NCBI GenBank assembly: GCA_016195815.1
Contig: JACPYX010000004.1
Location: 69,168 to 133,167, forward strand
DNA from: Chloroflexota bacterium
Lineage (GTDB): Bacteria; Chloroflexota; Anaerolineae; Anaerolineales; Villigracilaceae
Direction of reading: 5' to 3'
Length of the DNA stretch: 64,000 nucleotides
How positions within the stretch are numbered: the stretch's first letter is position 1; the number at the start of each line of letters is the position of its first letter. A program made the translations under genes and the position numbers. The notes below the pieces were generated by a model, which ran no database searches, had not been told where the DNA came from, and saw only the letters and a list, made by a program, of their open reading frames with translations. Of this stretch, positions 41,116 to 49,656 are shown one piece after another.

Positions 41116-42514
41116 CTTGCAATATTGCTTGCACTTTATCCTGGTGCGTCGTCTCGCAATAGACGCGCATGATCGGCTCGGTGCCGCTGAAACGGATGAG
41201 CAGCCAGCCGCCGTCTTCGAGCTTGAATTGGAAGCCGTCCACCGTGACGAGTTCGGTGACTTTCAGTCCGCCGATGGTTTTGGGATTGGCTTTGAGGATG
41301 GCCTCTTCGCGCGATTTCCGGTCGCCGCTGAACGGCGTATCAATGCGATCATAATAATGCACGCCGACTTTATCGAAAAGCATTTGCAATAACTCGGTTG
41401 GCTTCTTGCCGGTGCGAACCATGAAATCCAGCATATAGAGTCCCGCCAGAATTCCATCGCGTTCCGGGACATTTCCACGGAAGGCATAGCCGCCGCTTTC
41501 TTCGCCGCCGATCAGCGCATTGGTCTCGGTCATCTTCGGTGCGACATATTTAAATCCCACTCCTGTCTCGTAAACAGGCACGTTGTAGAGTTCGCCGAGT
41601 TTGTTGAGCATGGTCGTGGTCGAAAGTGTTTTGACAATCGGGCCGCGCAGGCCGCGCACCTCGAGCAGGTAATACGCCAACAGGGCGTAAACGCGCAACT
41701 GATTAATGAACTTTCCGTTTTCGTCGCCGATGCCGCAGCGGTCGGCGTCACCGTCGGTGATGAGCAGAACATCGGCTTTGTTATCAACAGTGGCTTTGAG
41801 CCCAACATCAATATTGGGTTGGATCGGCTCGGGCCGCTTCATCTCCGGGAACGACGGATTGCGCATGTTATGAATTTCAATGACTTTAGTCTTGCCGCCC
41901 GCCAGCAAGCGCGTGAACCAGCCCGCGCCGTTGCCCCACATGGCATCCACCATGACGGTCAGGCCCGCGTCTTTGATGGGTTGCAGGTCAATCAGCCGAT
42001 CGCGCGTGAGATGTTCGATGTAGGGCGCGGCCGCGTCGAACTTGACGATTTGACCGGATTTTTCGGCTTCGGCATAATTTATCCGCTTCACATCCTGGAC
42101 TGAATCCGGGATACTGCTTTCGATCTGCTTCAAACCATCGGGATCAATCGCACCGCCCGTCTCGTTGCGGACTTTGAATCCGTTATCGGTGGGGGGGTTG
42201 TGCGAAGCGGTGATGTTAACTGCGCCGCAGGCTTTCTTGTCCACGACCGCATAAGCAATGACCGGCGTGGGCGTGGCGCCATCGGTCAGATAAACTTTCA
42301 GCCCGTTGCCCGCCAGCACTTCGGCAACTGCCGCCGCAAAAAATTCCGACGAGAAGCGTTTGTCGTGGCCGACGATGACCCATTGGCCTTGTTTGCCTTT
42401 TGAAAGCAGATAAGTTGCAAAACCCTGCGCGCATCGGCGGACGTTGTCGAAGGTGTAATCTTCCGCGATGACGCCGCGCCAGCCGTCTGTCCCGAATTTG
42501 ATGGATGTCGCCAT
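41084..42514 (-). CDS. Phosphoglucomutase/phosphomannomutase family protein
   Basis: 476 aa. Active-site loop [13 protein letters not shown] and metal loop DGDADR. Confidence 0.85.
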   Translation of the reverse strand: MATSIKFGTDGWRGVIAEDYTFDNVRRCAQGFATYLLSKGKQGQWVIVGHDKRFSSEFFAAAVAEVLAGNGLKVYLTDGATPTPVIAYAVVDKKACGAVNITASHNPPTDNGFKVRNETGGAIDPDGLKQIESSIPDSVQDVKRINYAEAEKSGQIVKFDAAAPYIEHLTRDRLIDLQPIKDAGLTVMVDAMWGNGAGWFTRLLAGGKTKVIEIHNMRNPSFPEMKRPEPIQPNIDVGLKATVDNKADVLLITDGDADRCGIGDENGKFINQLRVYALLAYYLLEVRGLRGPIVKTLSTTTMLNKLGELYNVPVYETGVGFKYVAPKMTETNALIGGEESGGYAFRGNVPERDGILAGLYMLDFMVRTGKKPTELLQMLFDKVGVHYYDRIDTPFSGDRKSREEAILKANPKTIGGLKVTELVTVDGFQFKLEDGGWLLIRFSGTEPIMRVYCETTHQDKVQAILQDGLKVAGLKV

Positions 42515-42589
42515 AAGAACTCCTGAATCTTCGAGGATGATACGATTATATCAGCGAACAAATGGTGCAAGCGGTATAATCTTTCAAAT

Positions 42590-43762
42590 ATGGATGAAAA
42601 AATTTATCTTGACTACGCTGCAACCACTCCGGTTGACTCGCGCGTGCTCGATGTGATGATGCCTTATTTTTCAGCATCTTTCGGGAACCCGTCATCGGTT
42701 CACCGTTATGGACAGATCGCCGAAGCCGCAATCGACTCTGCGCGCGAGAAAGTTGCCGCCGCATTGAATTGTCGCCCCGATGAAATTGTCTTTACTTCCT
42801 GCGGTACCGAGTCTGATAATCTGGCTCTGCGCGGCGCGGCTTTGGCCATGCGCGAGAAGACCGGCGCAAATTGGATCATTACATCCAAAGTTGAGCATCA
42901 CGCCGTTAGCAAGACCGCCGGGCAACTCGAAAAACATTATGGCTTCCAGGCCGAGTGGCTGGATGTGAATGAGTACGGCATGGTCACGCCAGACGCGGTT
43001 GAAAAAGCAATTTGCGACCAGACCGCGCTGGTTTCGGTCATGTATGCAAATAACGAAATCGGCACGATCAACCCGATCAAAGAGATTGCAGAGATTTGCC
43101 GAAAGAATAATATTCTTTTTCATACCGACGCTGTCCAGGCGGCGGCCTATTTGCCGGTGGATGTTCAGATACTGGGTGTGGACTTGCTCTCGTTAGGCGG
43201 GCATAAGCTTTACGGTCCGAAAGGAGTCGGCGCGCTATATGTTCGCAAAGGCGCACAGATTTTGCCGAGTCAAACTGGCGGCGGGCAGGAAAATGGCCTG
43301 CGCGCCGGAACGCAAAATGTGCCGTACATTGTCGGCTTTGCCGAAGCGTTGCGGCTGGCTGTCGAAGAACGCCAGCAACGCACGGCACACGTCAAGCCGC
43401 TGTGCGACAGAATCATCGGTACAGTTTTGGAAATGATTCCCGATTCCAAATTAACCGGTCACATCGAATACCGTCTGCCGAATCATGCCAGCTTTGCATT
43501 CAAAGATGTGGATGGAAATCTGCTGTTAACTTTACTCGACGCGGCGGGCTTTGCGTGTTCATCAGGTTCGGCTTGCAAAACAGGCAATCCCGAACCGAGC
43601 GAAGTGATGTTGGCAATCGGCTTGGCGCGCGAGTGGGGGCTGGGTTCGTTGCGTGTGACGCTGGGCATGAATACCACTCCCGCCGATGTGGATTCTTTTT
43701 TGAAAGCCTTGCCTGTGTTGGTGGCGCAGGCAAGAAAACTAGCTACAGATAAACGCGGATAG
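42590..43762 (+). CDS. Cysteine desulfurase (NifS/IscS class I)
   Basis: 390 aa. PLP lysine region LGGHKLYGPKG and active-site SSGSAC. It is adjacent to mnmA. Confidence 0.9.
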   Translation: MDEKIYLDYAATTPVDSRVLDVMMPYFSASFGNPSSVHRYGQIAEAAIDSAREKVAAALNCRPDEIVFTSCGTESDNLALRGAALAMREKTGANWIITSKVEHHAVSKTAGQLEKHYGFQAEWLDVNEYGMVTPDAVEKAICDQTALVSVMYANNEIGTINPIKEIAEICRKNNILFHTDAVQAAAYLPVDVQILGVDLLSLGGHKLYGPKGVGALYVRKGAQILPSQTGGGQENGLRAGTQNVPYIVGFAEALRLAVEERQQRTAHVKPLCDRIIGTVLEMIPDSKLTGHIEYRLPNHASFAFKDVDGNLLLTLLDAAGFACSSGSACKTGNPEPSEVMLAIGLAREWGLGSLRVTLGMNTTPADVDSFLKALPVLVAQARKLATDKRG

Positions 43763-43770
43763 AGGATAAT

Positions 43771-43983
43771 TTGATGGAAGTAAATGAAGGCACAGAAAAA
43801 GTAATTGGCGGTCTTTTCAAAGTGAGTAATACTACTGTCAGGTTGTTTGAAGAAGTATACACGGCACAATGCTTGAATTATCTTCGAACCACAGGCTTGC
43901 CTGTTTGTTTGCTTGTAAATTTTTATCGCCCTAAACTCGAAATCAAGCGTATCATTGCCAATAGCGCATGGCTTTCAAAATAA
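43771..43983 (+). pseudogene. GxxExxY (PD-(D/E)XK_3) family gene, internally deleted
   Basis: 70 aa. TEKVIGGLFKV...LFEEVY joins directly to QCLNYLRTTGLPVCLLVNFYRPKLEIKRII. The ~60 aa central nuclease core of the ~125 aa family is missing. Confidence 0.55.
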
Positions 43984-43992
43984 TTCATCACC

Positions 43993-44020
43993 CATCTGTG
44001 TTTATCCGTGATCATCTGTG
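43993..44020. repeat. Tandem CATCTGTG-N12-CATCTGTG motif; right inverted repeat of the GxxExxY cassette
   Basis: CATCTGTG occurs at 43993-44000 and 44013-44020. ATCCGTGATCATCTGT (44004-44019) is a 13/16 inverted match to ACAGATAAACGCGGAT (43745-43760). Confidence 0.5.
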
Positions 44021-44029
44021 GCTAATATT

Positions 44030-45094
44030 ATGACCAAAGTTGTGGTTGCCATGTCTGGAGGTGTTGACTCCTCCGTTGCCGCGGCCCTGCTCAAACAGCA
44101 GGGTTATGATGTTATTGGCATGATGCTGAGGCTGTGGTCGGAGCCGGGCAAGGAAGATTCCAATCGCTGCTGCACGCCGGATGCCATGGCGCAAGCGCGG
44201 CGTGTGGCGGCCGGGCTGGATATTCCGTTTTATGTTGTAGACGCCAAGGATGTTTTCCGCAAGACCGTGGTGGAATATTTTTTCGATGGCTACGCCTCAG
44301 GCGGGACCCCAAATCCGTGCCTGGTTTGTAATCGTTCCATCCGCTGGGAATTTTTACTGAACCACGCGTTAGCGCTCGGCGCGGAATATATGGCGACGGG
44401 ACACTATGTTAGGCGGAAGACCGGGGACGGTGGCTCGATTAAACTTTTGCGCGCGGTGGATCATTCAAAGGATCAATCTTATGTTTTGCATGTGTTGACT
44501 CAGGAAAAATTAAAGCATGCATTGTTTCCTGTGGGAGAGTACCCCAAAACTGAAGTTAGAAAGATTGCCGAATCTTTTGGACTGCCAACTGCATCGCGTC
44601 CGGATTCGCAAGACTTATGTTTTCTCGCTGGCGAAGACTACCGTACTTTTCTCCGGCGCAATGCGGCGCAGATGCTTCGTCCCGGTGAAATCGTCACGCG
44701 CAACGGGACAGTCGTTGGTTCACATGATGGATTGGCGAACTACACCATTGGCCAAAGAAAAGGACTCGGCGTTGCTTCTCCTGTCCCTTTGTATGTGATC
44801 ACGAAAAACGCAATACACAATACGCTTGTTGTTGGGACGCAGGAAGAACTCGGCTTGAGCGAACTCATTGTGCGCGATGTCAACTGGCTTTCGGGCGTTG
44901 CTCCAACTGAAGTTTTTCGCGCGTTGGTCAAGATTCGTTACAGCGCCAAAGAAGTCGAAGCGTGGGTCAGGCCTTTCGAAGACGGTACCCGCGTTGAGGT
45001 CCGGTTTGATGCGCCGCTGCGCGATATCACGGCAGGGCAGGCGGCTGTTTTTTATGACGGCAACGTCATGCTTGGCGGCGGCATGATTATCTAG
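44030..45094 (+). CDS. mnmA: tRNA 2-thiouridine(34) synthase
   Basis: PP-loop AMSGGVDSS, CC..PD motif, 354 aa from the ATG at 44030. Confidence 0.9.
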   Translation: MTKVVVAMSGGVDSSVAAALLKQQGYDVIGMMLRLWSEPGKEDSNRCCTPDAMAQARRVAAGLDIPFYVVDAKDVFRKTVVEYFFDGYASGGTPNPCLVCNRSIRWEFLLNHALALGAEYMATGHYVRRKTGDGGSIKLLRAVDHSKDQSYVLHVLTQEKLKHALFPVGEYPKTEVRKIAESFGLPTASRPDSQDLCFLAGEDYRTFLRRNAAQMLRPGEIVTRNGTVVGSHDGLANYTIGQRKGLGVASPVPLYVITKNAIHNTLVVGTQEELGLSELIVRDVNWLSGVAPTEVFRALVKIRYSAKEVEAWVRPFEDGTRVEVRFDAPLRDITAGQAAVFYDGNVMLGGGMII

Positions 45095-45182
45095 CTGCGC
45101 GTAGACATGATAAGATAATTCGGGCTAACCTGTCTCGTTGCTCTTAATCAGAAACGATAAGATTGTTTAACTTTCCGAAAGG

Positions 45183-47102
45183 ATGCATCTCATGAATTAC
45201 CGCGTTGAATCCCTTATGTCGGCCCGTTTGTTTGTTGCGCCGCAGTTCGCTGACGAACGCATATTTTTTCTGAGTAACATTTCCGGCCACTTGAGTTTAT
45301 ATGCCATGTTTTATGGCGGCAGTGTGCCTGAGCCGCTTTTGCCGCCGAATATTGCGCTGCAGAATCCGCATTTGATTGACGGACTTTCTTTTTATGTTTT
45401 TCCAGGGCTTGAAAAAATTCTTGTGATGATCGATCGTGATGGCGACGAAAATTATCAGCCGATGCTGATCCCGCTCGATGGCGGATTCCCCGAACCGTCA
45501 TTCGATAATTATTTTGCAAATTATCGCGTTCATATCGGCGAATGTGATCGCGAGAAAAATATCGTTTACCTTGTTGCTGAACGCCGCGACAAACCGATTC
45601 AGGAAACGTATCGCGGAAATTTAAAAACTGGACGACTAACGAAGATTGCCGAGAGCGAATGGGGATATTTTCCAAGCGCGGCCAGCAAAGATCATCGCAA
45701 ACTTTTGCTGGGAAACAATTACACCACCGGCGACAGTGTTCTTTATTTGTGGGCCAATAATAAATTCAGGGTTTTGTACGGAACTCCGCTTGAGAATCGC
45801 GCGGAGGGCGGGTCGGTCCCGTTGAATGGAATTGGGTCGGCTGTGTTTTCTCCGAGTGAAAAAGGCGCTATCGTGTCCAGTGCTGTTTTTGAAGACACAT
45901 ATAGCCTCGGTTACATTGACTTTGCCAGACCCGGAAAAATGGAAAAGATCAAGCTCAAAGGTGTGGCGCACACCGGCCTTGGTGAAATGGCCGGACTCGG
46001 TTATCTCAAAGATGATCGCTATGTGGTGATGTTTAATATTGACGGATGTTCATGGGCCTATGAAGGTATCTTCGACGAAGAAAAGCTCGTCATGAATTTG
46101 AAGTATGTGTTGGCTGGCCAGGAGCCGTTTGATAACGGCATGTTGGAACATATAGACTACGACAAGGTCGAAGATATTTTCACGCTGTCTTTCTCCACCG
46201 CCACCTCGCCGACTCAAATTTATACCGTCGAAGGCAGGAGGCGCAACGATCTTTCTTTGCACACAAACGAAAAAATTCTCGGCATCCCGGATGCACATCT
46301 ATCGAAAGGCGAAAATGCTTCATTCATTTCGCATGATGGATTGCGTGTTTCGGCGCGTCTGTATCTTCCAGCCAGATTGCTTGGCTTCAAAGGCGCGCGT
46401 CCGCTCGTTTATTACATTCATGGCGGCCCGCAGGGGCAGGAGCGCCCGGACTTTGCCTGGTTCTCCATGCCGCTGATTCAGTTCCTGACTCTGCGCGGCT
46501 TTGCAGTTTTTGTTCCGAACGTGCGCGGCTCCACCGGTTATGGACTCTCGTATACCAAGCACGTTGACCATGACTGGGGCGGCCAGGATCGCCTCGACCA
46601 TGTCTATGCCATGACGAAGGTCTTGCCAAAAGATAAACGCGTGGATGTTTCGCGCGCGGCTGTCGTCGGACGTTCCTACGGCGGTTACATGACTCTCACA
46701 TTAGCGGGTCGTCATCCCGACTTGTGGGCGGCCTCGTGCGATATGTTTGGTCCATACGATTTGCTGACCTTCTCCGAACGGATTCCCGAAACATGGAAGC
46801 CTTATTTCAAAATCGCTCTCGGCGACCCCGCCAGGCCGGAAGAAAAAGCCTTCCTGATCGAGCGTTCGCCCAAGACGCACCTGTCGAATATGGCCGCGCC
46901 CATGCTTGTCATTCAGGGGCGCAACGATCCGCGTGTGGTCGCGGCGGAATCCGAAGACTTGGTCAGGCAATTGAAGGCGCAGGGCAAACAATTGGAATTG
47001 TTGGTCTTTGAAGACGAAGGCCATGACGTTCTCAAATATGAAAACCGCGTTACTTGCTATAACTCCATCGCCGATTTCTTCGCGAAATATTTGAATCCGT
47101 AA
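45183..47102 (+). CDS. S9 family serine peptidase (prolyl oligopeptidase / acylaminoacyl peptidase type) with N-terminal beta-propeller
   Basis: 639 aa. Nucleophile elbow GRSYGGYM. C-terminal region QGRNDPRV and EDEGHD. Confidence 0.85.
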   Translation: MHLMNYRVESLMSARLFVAPQFADERIFFLSNISGHLSLYAMFYGGSVPEPLLPPNIALQNPHLIDGLSFYVFPGLEKILVMIDRDGDENYQPMLIPLDGGFPEPSFDNYFANYRVHIGECDREKNIVYLVAERRDKPIQETYRGNLKTGRLTKIAESEWGYFPSAASKDHRKLLLGNNYTTGDSVLYLWANNKFRVLYGTPLENRAEGGSVPLNGIGSAVFSPSEKGAIVSSAVFEDTYSLGYIDFARPGKMEKIKLKGVAHTGLGEMAGLGYLKDDRYVVMFNIDGCSWAYEGIFDEEKLVMNLKYVLAGQEPFDNGMLEHIDYDKVEDIFTLSFSTATSPTQIYTVEGRRRNDLSLHTNEKILGIPDAHLSKGENASFISHDGLRVSARLYLPARLLGFKGARPLVYYIHGGPQGQERPDFAWFSMPLIQFLTLRGFAVFVPNVRGSTGYGLSYTKHVDHDWGGQDRLDHVYAMTKVLPKDKRVDVSRAAVVGRSYGGYMTLTLAGRHPDLWAASCDMFGPYDLLTFSERIPETWKPYFKIALGDPARPEEKAFLIERSPKTHLSNMAAPMLVIQGRNDPRVVAAESEDLVRQLKAQGKQLELLVFEDEGHDVLKYENRVTCYNSIADFFAKYLNP

Positions 47103-47111
47103 AAGGATTAT

Positions 47112-47193
47112 GTCATTGCGAGGGCGAGCCCGAAGCAATCTCTCAAATTGCAGTAGGGATTGCTTCGCCGCAAAAGCGGCGGCTCGCAATGAC
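47112..47193. repeat. Nested-palindrome repeat element, copy A (GTCATTGCGAG...CGAAGCAATC...GATTGCTTCG...CTCGCAATGAC)
   Basis: Outer 11-bp arms at 47112-47122 and 47183-47193. Inner 10-bp arms at 47131-47140 and 47158-47167. Related copies lie at 49575 and 54790. Confidence 0.7.
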
Positions 47194-47205
47194 GCTAATA
47201 AAATC

Positions 47206-47490
47206 ATGACTCTCCCGTCCATTCTATTTGGCTTGACCATTGCCCTGCTGATTGGCGCATTCTTTCATCTTTTGCGCGGCGGCAGCTTTGGCAGGTTATT
47301 CCTGTATTTTGTATTGAGTATTTCCGGTTTTGCGGCGGGGCACTTGCTCGGCCAGTCACAAGGCTGGATACTTTTTCCGGTCGGCCCGCTTGATACCGGT
47401 CTGGCAATCATAGGGAGTTTGGTATTTCTTGGCCTGGGCGATTGGATCAGCCGCATCGAAATTAAGCCGGACGATAATTCTCAGGTATAA
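47206..47490 (+). CDS. Small membrane protein (3 TM helices), unknown function
   Basis: 94 aa from the ATG at 47206. The longer ORF from 47110 reads through the palindromic repeat and is rejected. Confidence 0.5.
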   Translation: MTLPSILFGLTIALLIGAFFHLLRGGSFGRLFLYFVLSISGFAAGHLLGQSQGWILFPVGPLDTGLAIIGSLVFLGLGDWISRIEIKPDDNSQV

Positions 47491-47524
47491 TCGCCCAACT
47501 TGTATCTTACCTTGAGAGGGCAGC

Positions 47525-48160
47525 ATGGACTTTCTAAAAAATCTTGTTGACATCTTTTTGCGCCTGGACAAATATCTGGCCGATATCATCGTCCAATATG
47601 GGGCTTGGACTTACGGCATATTGTTCCTTGTGATCTTCATGGAAACAGGCTTTGTGGTGACTCCCTTCCTGCCGGGCGATTCCCTGCTCTTTGCGGCTGG
47701 AACATTCGCCGCGCTCGGCTCACTTAATATCTGGCTATTGCTGGGTTTGTTGATGATTGCGGCAGTTGGCGGTGATACGGTCAATTATTGGATTGGTCAC
47801 TATCTTGGCGATCGCGCTTACAACGTCAAATGGATCAAGCGTGAATATCTTGATCGTACCCATGCCTTCTTTGAGAAGCACGGCGGCAAAACGATTTTCC
47901 TGGCACGTTTCGTCCCAATCGTCCGCACCTTTGCCCCTTTCGTCGCCGGCATGGGACGCATGTCGTATGGCTATTTCTTTTCCTATAATGTATTTGGCGG
48001 CATTACCTGGGTTGCGCTCTTTACATTGGCCGGATATTTCTTCGGCAACATTCCTTTCATCAAAAACAACTTTGAATTTGTCATCATCGCCATTATTTTG
48101 ATTTCAATCCTCCCCATGGTTTGGGAAGCGATCAAGGCGCGGCGCGAAAAGACAAAATAA
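47525..48160 (+). CDS. DedA family membrane protein
   Basis: 211 aa. Family motifs PFLPGDSLLFAAG and FLARFVPIVRTF. Confidence 0.85.
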   Translation: MDFLKNLVDIFLRLDKYLADIIVQYGAWTYGILFLVIFMETGFVVTPFLPGDSLLFAAGTFAALGSLNIWLLLGLLMIAAVGGDTVNYWIGHYLGDRAYNVKWIKREYLDRTHAFFEKHGGKTIFLARFVPIVRTFAPFVAGMGRMSYGYFFSYNVFGGITWVALFTLAGYFFGNIPFIKNNFEFVIIAIILISILPMVWEAIKARREKTK

Positions 48161-48196
48161 AACAAACAGGACGCCGTACGGCGTCCTGTTTGTTTT
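48159..48196. terminator. Bidirectional intrinsic terminator between DedA gene and asnS
   Basis: Perfect 17-bp stem AAAACAAACAGGACGCC / GGCGTCCTGTTTGTTTT with loop GTAC. The A/T runs serve both strands. Confidence 0.8.
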
Positions 48197-48213
48197 ACAG
48201 AAGCAGGAGTAGG

Positions 48214-49557
48214 TCACGGATAAACCCGTTTGATCGTCCTCGGGAACGCAATCGCCTCGCGCACATGCTCGATGCCGCACATCCATGCGGTAACGCGTTC
48301 CGTGCCCATGCCGAATCCGCTGTGGGGGACAGAGCCATACTTGCGGAGTTCCAGATACCATTTGAATGCTTCTTCCGGTAATTTCTGCTCGCGGATGCGC
48401 TTCAACAAAAGATCGTGGTCGCTGATGCGCTCGGAGCCGCCGCAGATTTCTCCGTAGCCTTCCGGCGCGAGCAAATCCACCGACTTGCAGACCTCAGGCC
48501 GACCCGGCCAGGGTTCCATGTAAAAGGCTTTGACCGCGGTTGGATACCCGTATACAAAAACGGGTTTATCGAATTGCTGCGTGATGGCCGTCTCGTGTGG
48601 TGCGCCGAAGTCAATGCCCCAATCGAATTTGAGAAGTTCCTTCTTTTCGGGGTCGCTTTCTTTTTTGTACATTTCCTGTAACATCTTCGCCGCATCGTCA
48701 TACGAAATGCGCGGGAAGGGCGCTTTGATGTTTTCCAGTTTCGTCAGGTCACGCCCTAATGAAACCAGTTCCGGCTTCCGGTCCCGCAAGACGCGCTGGA
48801 CGATGTGTGTGATCATCTGCTCTTCGACTTCCATCAACCCATCCAGATCGGTGAAAGCCATTTCCGGTTCGAGCATCCAGAACTCGGTCAGGTGCCGGCG
48901 CGTCTTGGATTTTTCGGCGCGGAAAGTTGGGCCGAAGCAATACACTTTTCCGAACGAAAAAATATTTGCCTCGTTGTAAAGCTGGCCGGTTTGTGCAAGA
49001 TAGGCCTTGCCTTCATCGAAATATTCCGTTTCGAAAAGTGTGGTCGTGCCTTCGGCGGCGGCGGGAGTCAGGATGGGCGTGTCCATGGCGATGAAGCCGT
49101 TGTTGTCGAGCCATTCCCGCGTGGCGGCCATGACTGTGGCACGAATGCGCAAGATGGCCCACTGACTTTGCATTCGCAACCACAAGTGACGATTGTCGAG
49201 CGCGAAATCCACGCCGTGGTCTTTGAGCGCCATCGGATAATCCGCATCGGCAGATTGAACGACTTTCAAATCCTTGATGCCGACTTCAAAACCGCCAGGG
49301 ATGCCGGGCGCGCGTTTATCCTCGCGCACCGCGCCCGTGATGATGACCGACGACTCTTGCGGCAGACGCATGATCTGATCAAATAGTTTTTCGTCGAGAT
49401 CGCCTTTGAAGGCCACGCATTGAGCAAATCCGCTTCCATCGCGCACGAGCAAAAAGACCAGTTTGCCTTTGTCGGTGCGGTTATAAACCCAGCCTTGAAT
49501 GATAACTTCTTCGCCGGCATGTTTTGATAATTCCGTAACCCGTACGATTTCTGCCAT
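48214..49557 (-). CDS. asnS: Asparagine--tRNA ligase
   Basis: Class IIb synthetase. OB-fold N-terminus (GWVYNRTDKGKLVFLLVRDGSG) and YGSVPHSGFGMGTERV. The start is chosen at 49557 (GGAG 7 nt upstream). The ORF also allows an ATG at 49569. Confidence 0.85.
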   Translation of the reverse strand: MAEIVRVTELSKHAGEEVIIQGWVYNRTDKGKLVFLLVRDGSGFAQCVAFKGDLDEKLFDQIMRLPQESSVIITGAVREDKRAPGIPGGFEVGIKDLKVVQSADADYPMALKDHGVDFALDNRHLWLRMQSQWAILRIRATVMAATREWLDNNGFIAMDTPILTPAAAEGTTTLFETEYFDEGKAYLAQTGQLYNEANIFSFGKVYCFGPTFRAEKSKTRRHLTEFWMLEPEMAFTDLDGLMEVEEQMITHIVQRVLRDRKPELVSLGRDLTKLENIKAPFPRISYDDAAKMLQEMYKKESDPEKKELLKFDWGIDFGAPHETAITQQFDKPVFVYGYPTAVKAFYMEPWPGRPEVCKSVDLLAPEGYGEICGGSERISDHDLLLKRIREQKLPEEAFKWYLELRKYGSVPHSGFGMGTERVTAWMCGIEHVREAIAFPRTIKRVYP

Positions 49558-49574
49558 AAGATTCTCCATTCACC

Positions 49575-49655
49575 GTATTGTGAGCCCGAAGGACGAAGCA
49601 ATCTCCTCATAAGCGTGGGGATTGCTTCGTCGGCCTGTGGCCTCCTCGCAATGAC
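49575..49655. repeat. Nested-palindrome repeat element, copy B, between aspS and asnS
   Basis: Degenerate left arm GTATTGTGAG (49575-49584). Inner ACGAAGCAATC / GATTGCTTCGT. Right arm CTCGCAATGAC (49645-49655). It fills the aspS-asnS spacer. Confidence 0.65.
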
Positions 49656-49656
49656 A

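Noticed and set aside
47110-47205. N-terminal 32 codons of ORF 47110..47490
   Set aside because: This stretch is a read-through of the palindromic repeat (…RARSNLSNCSRDCFAAKAAARND…). The membrane protein proper starts at the ATG at 47206.
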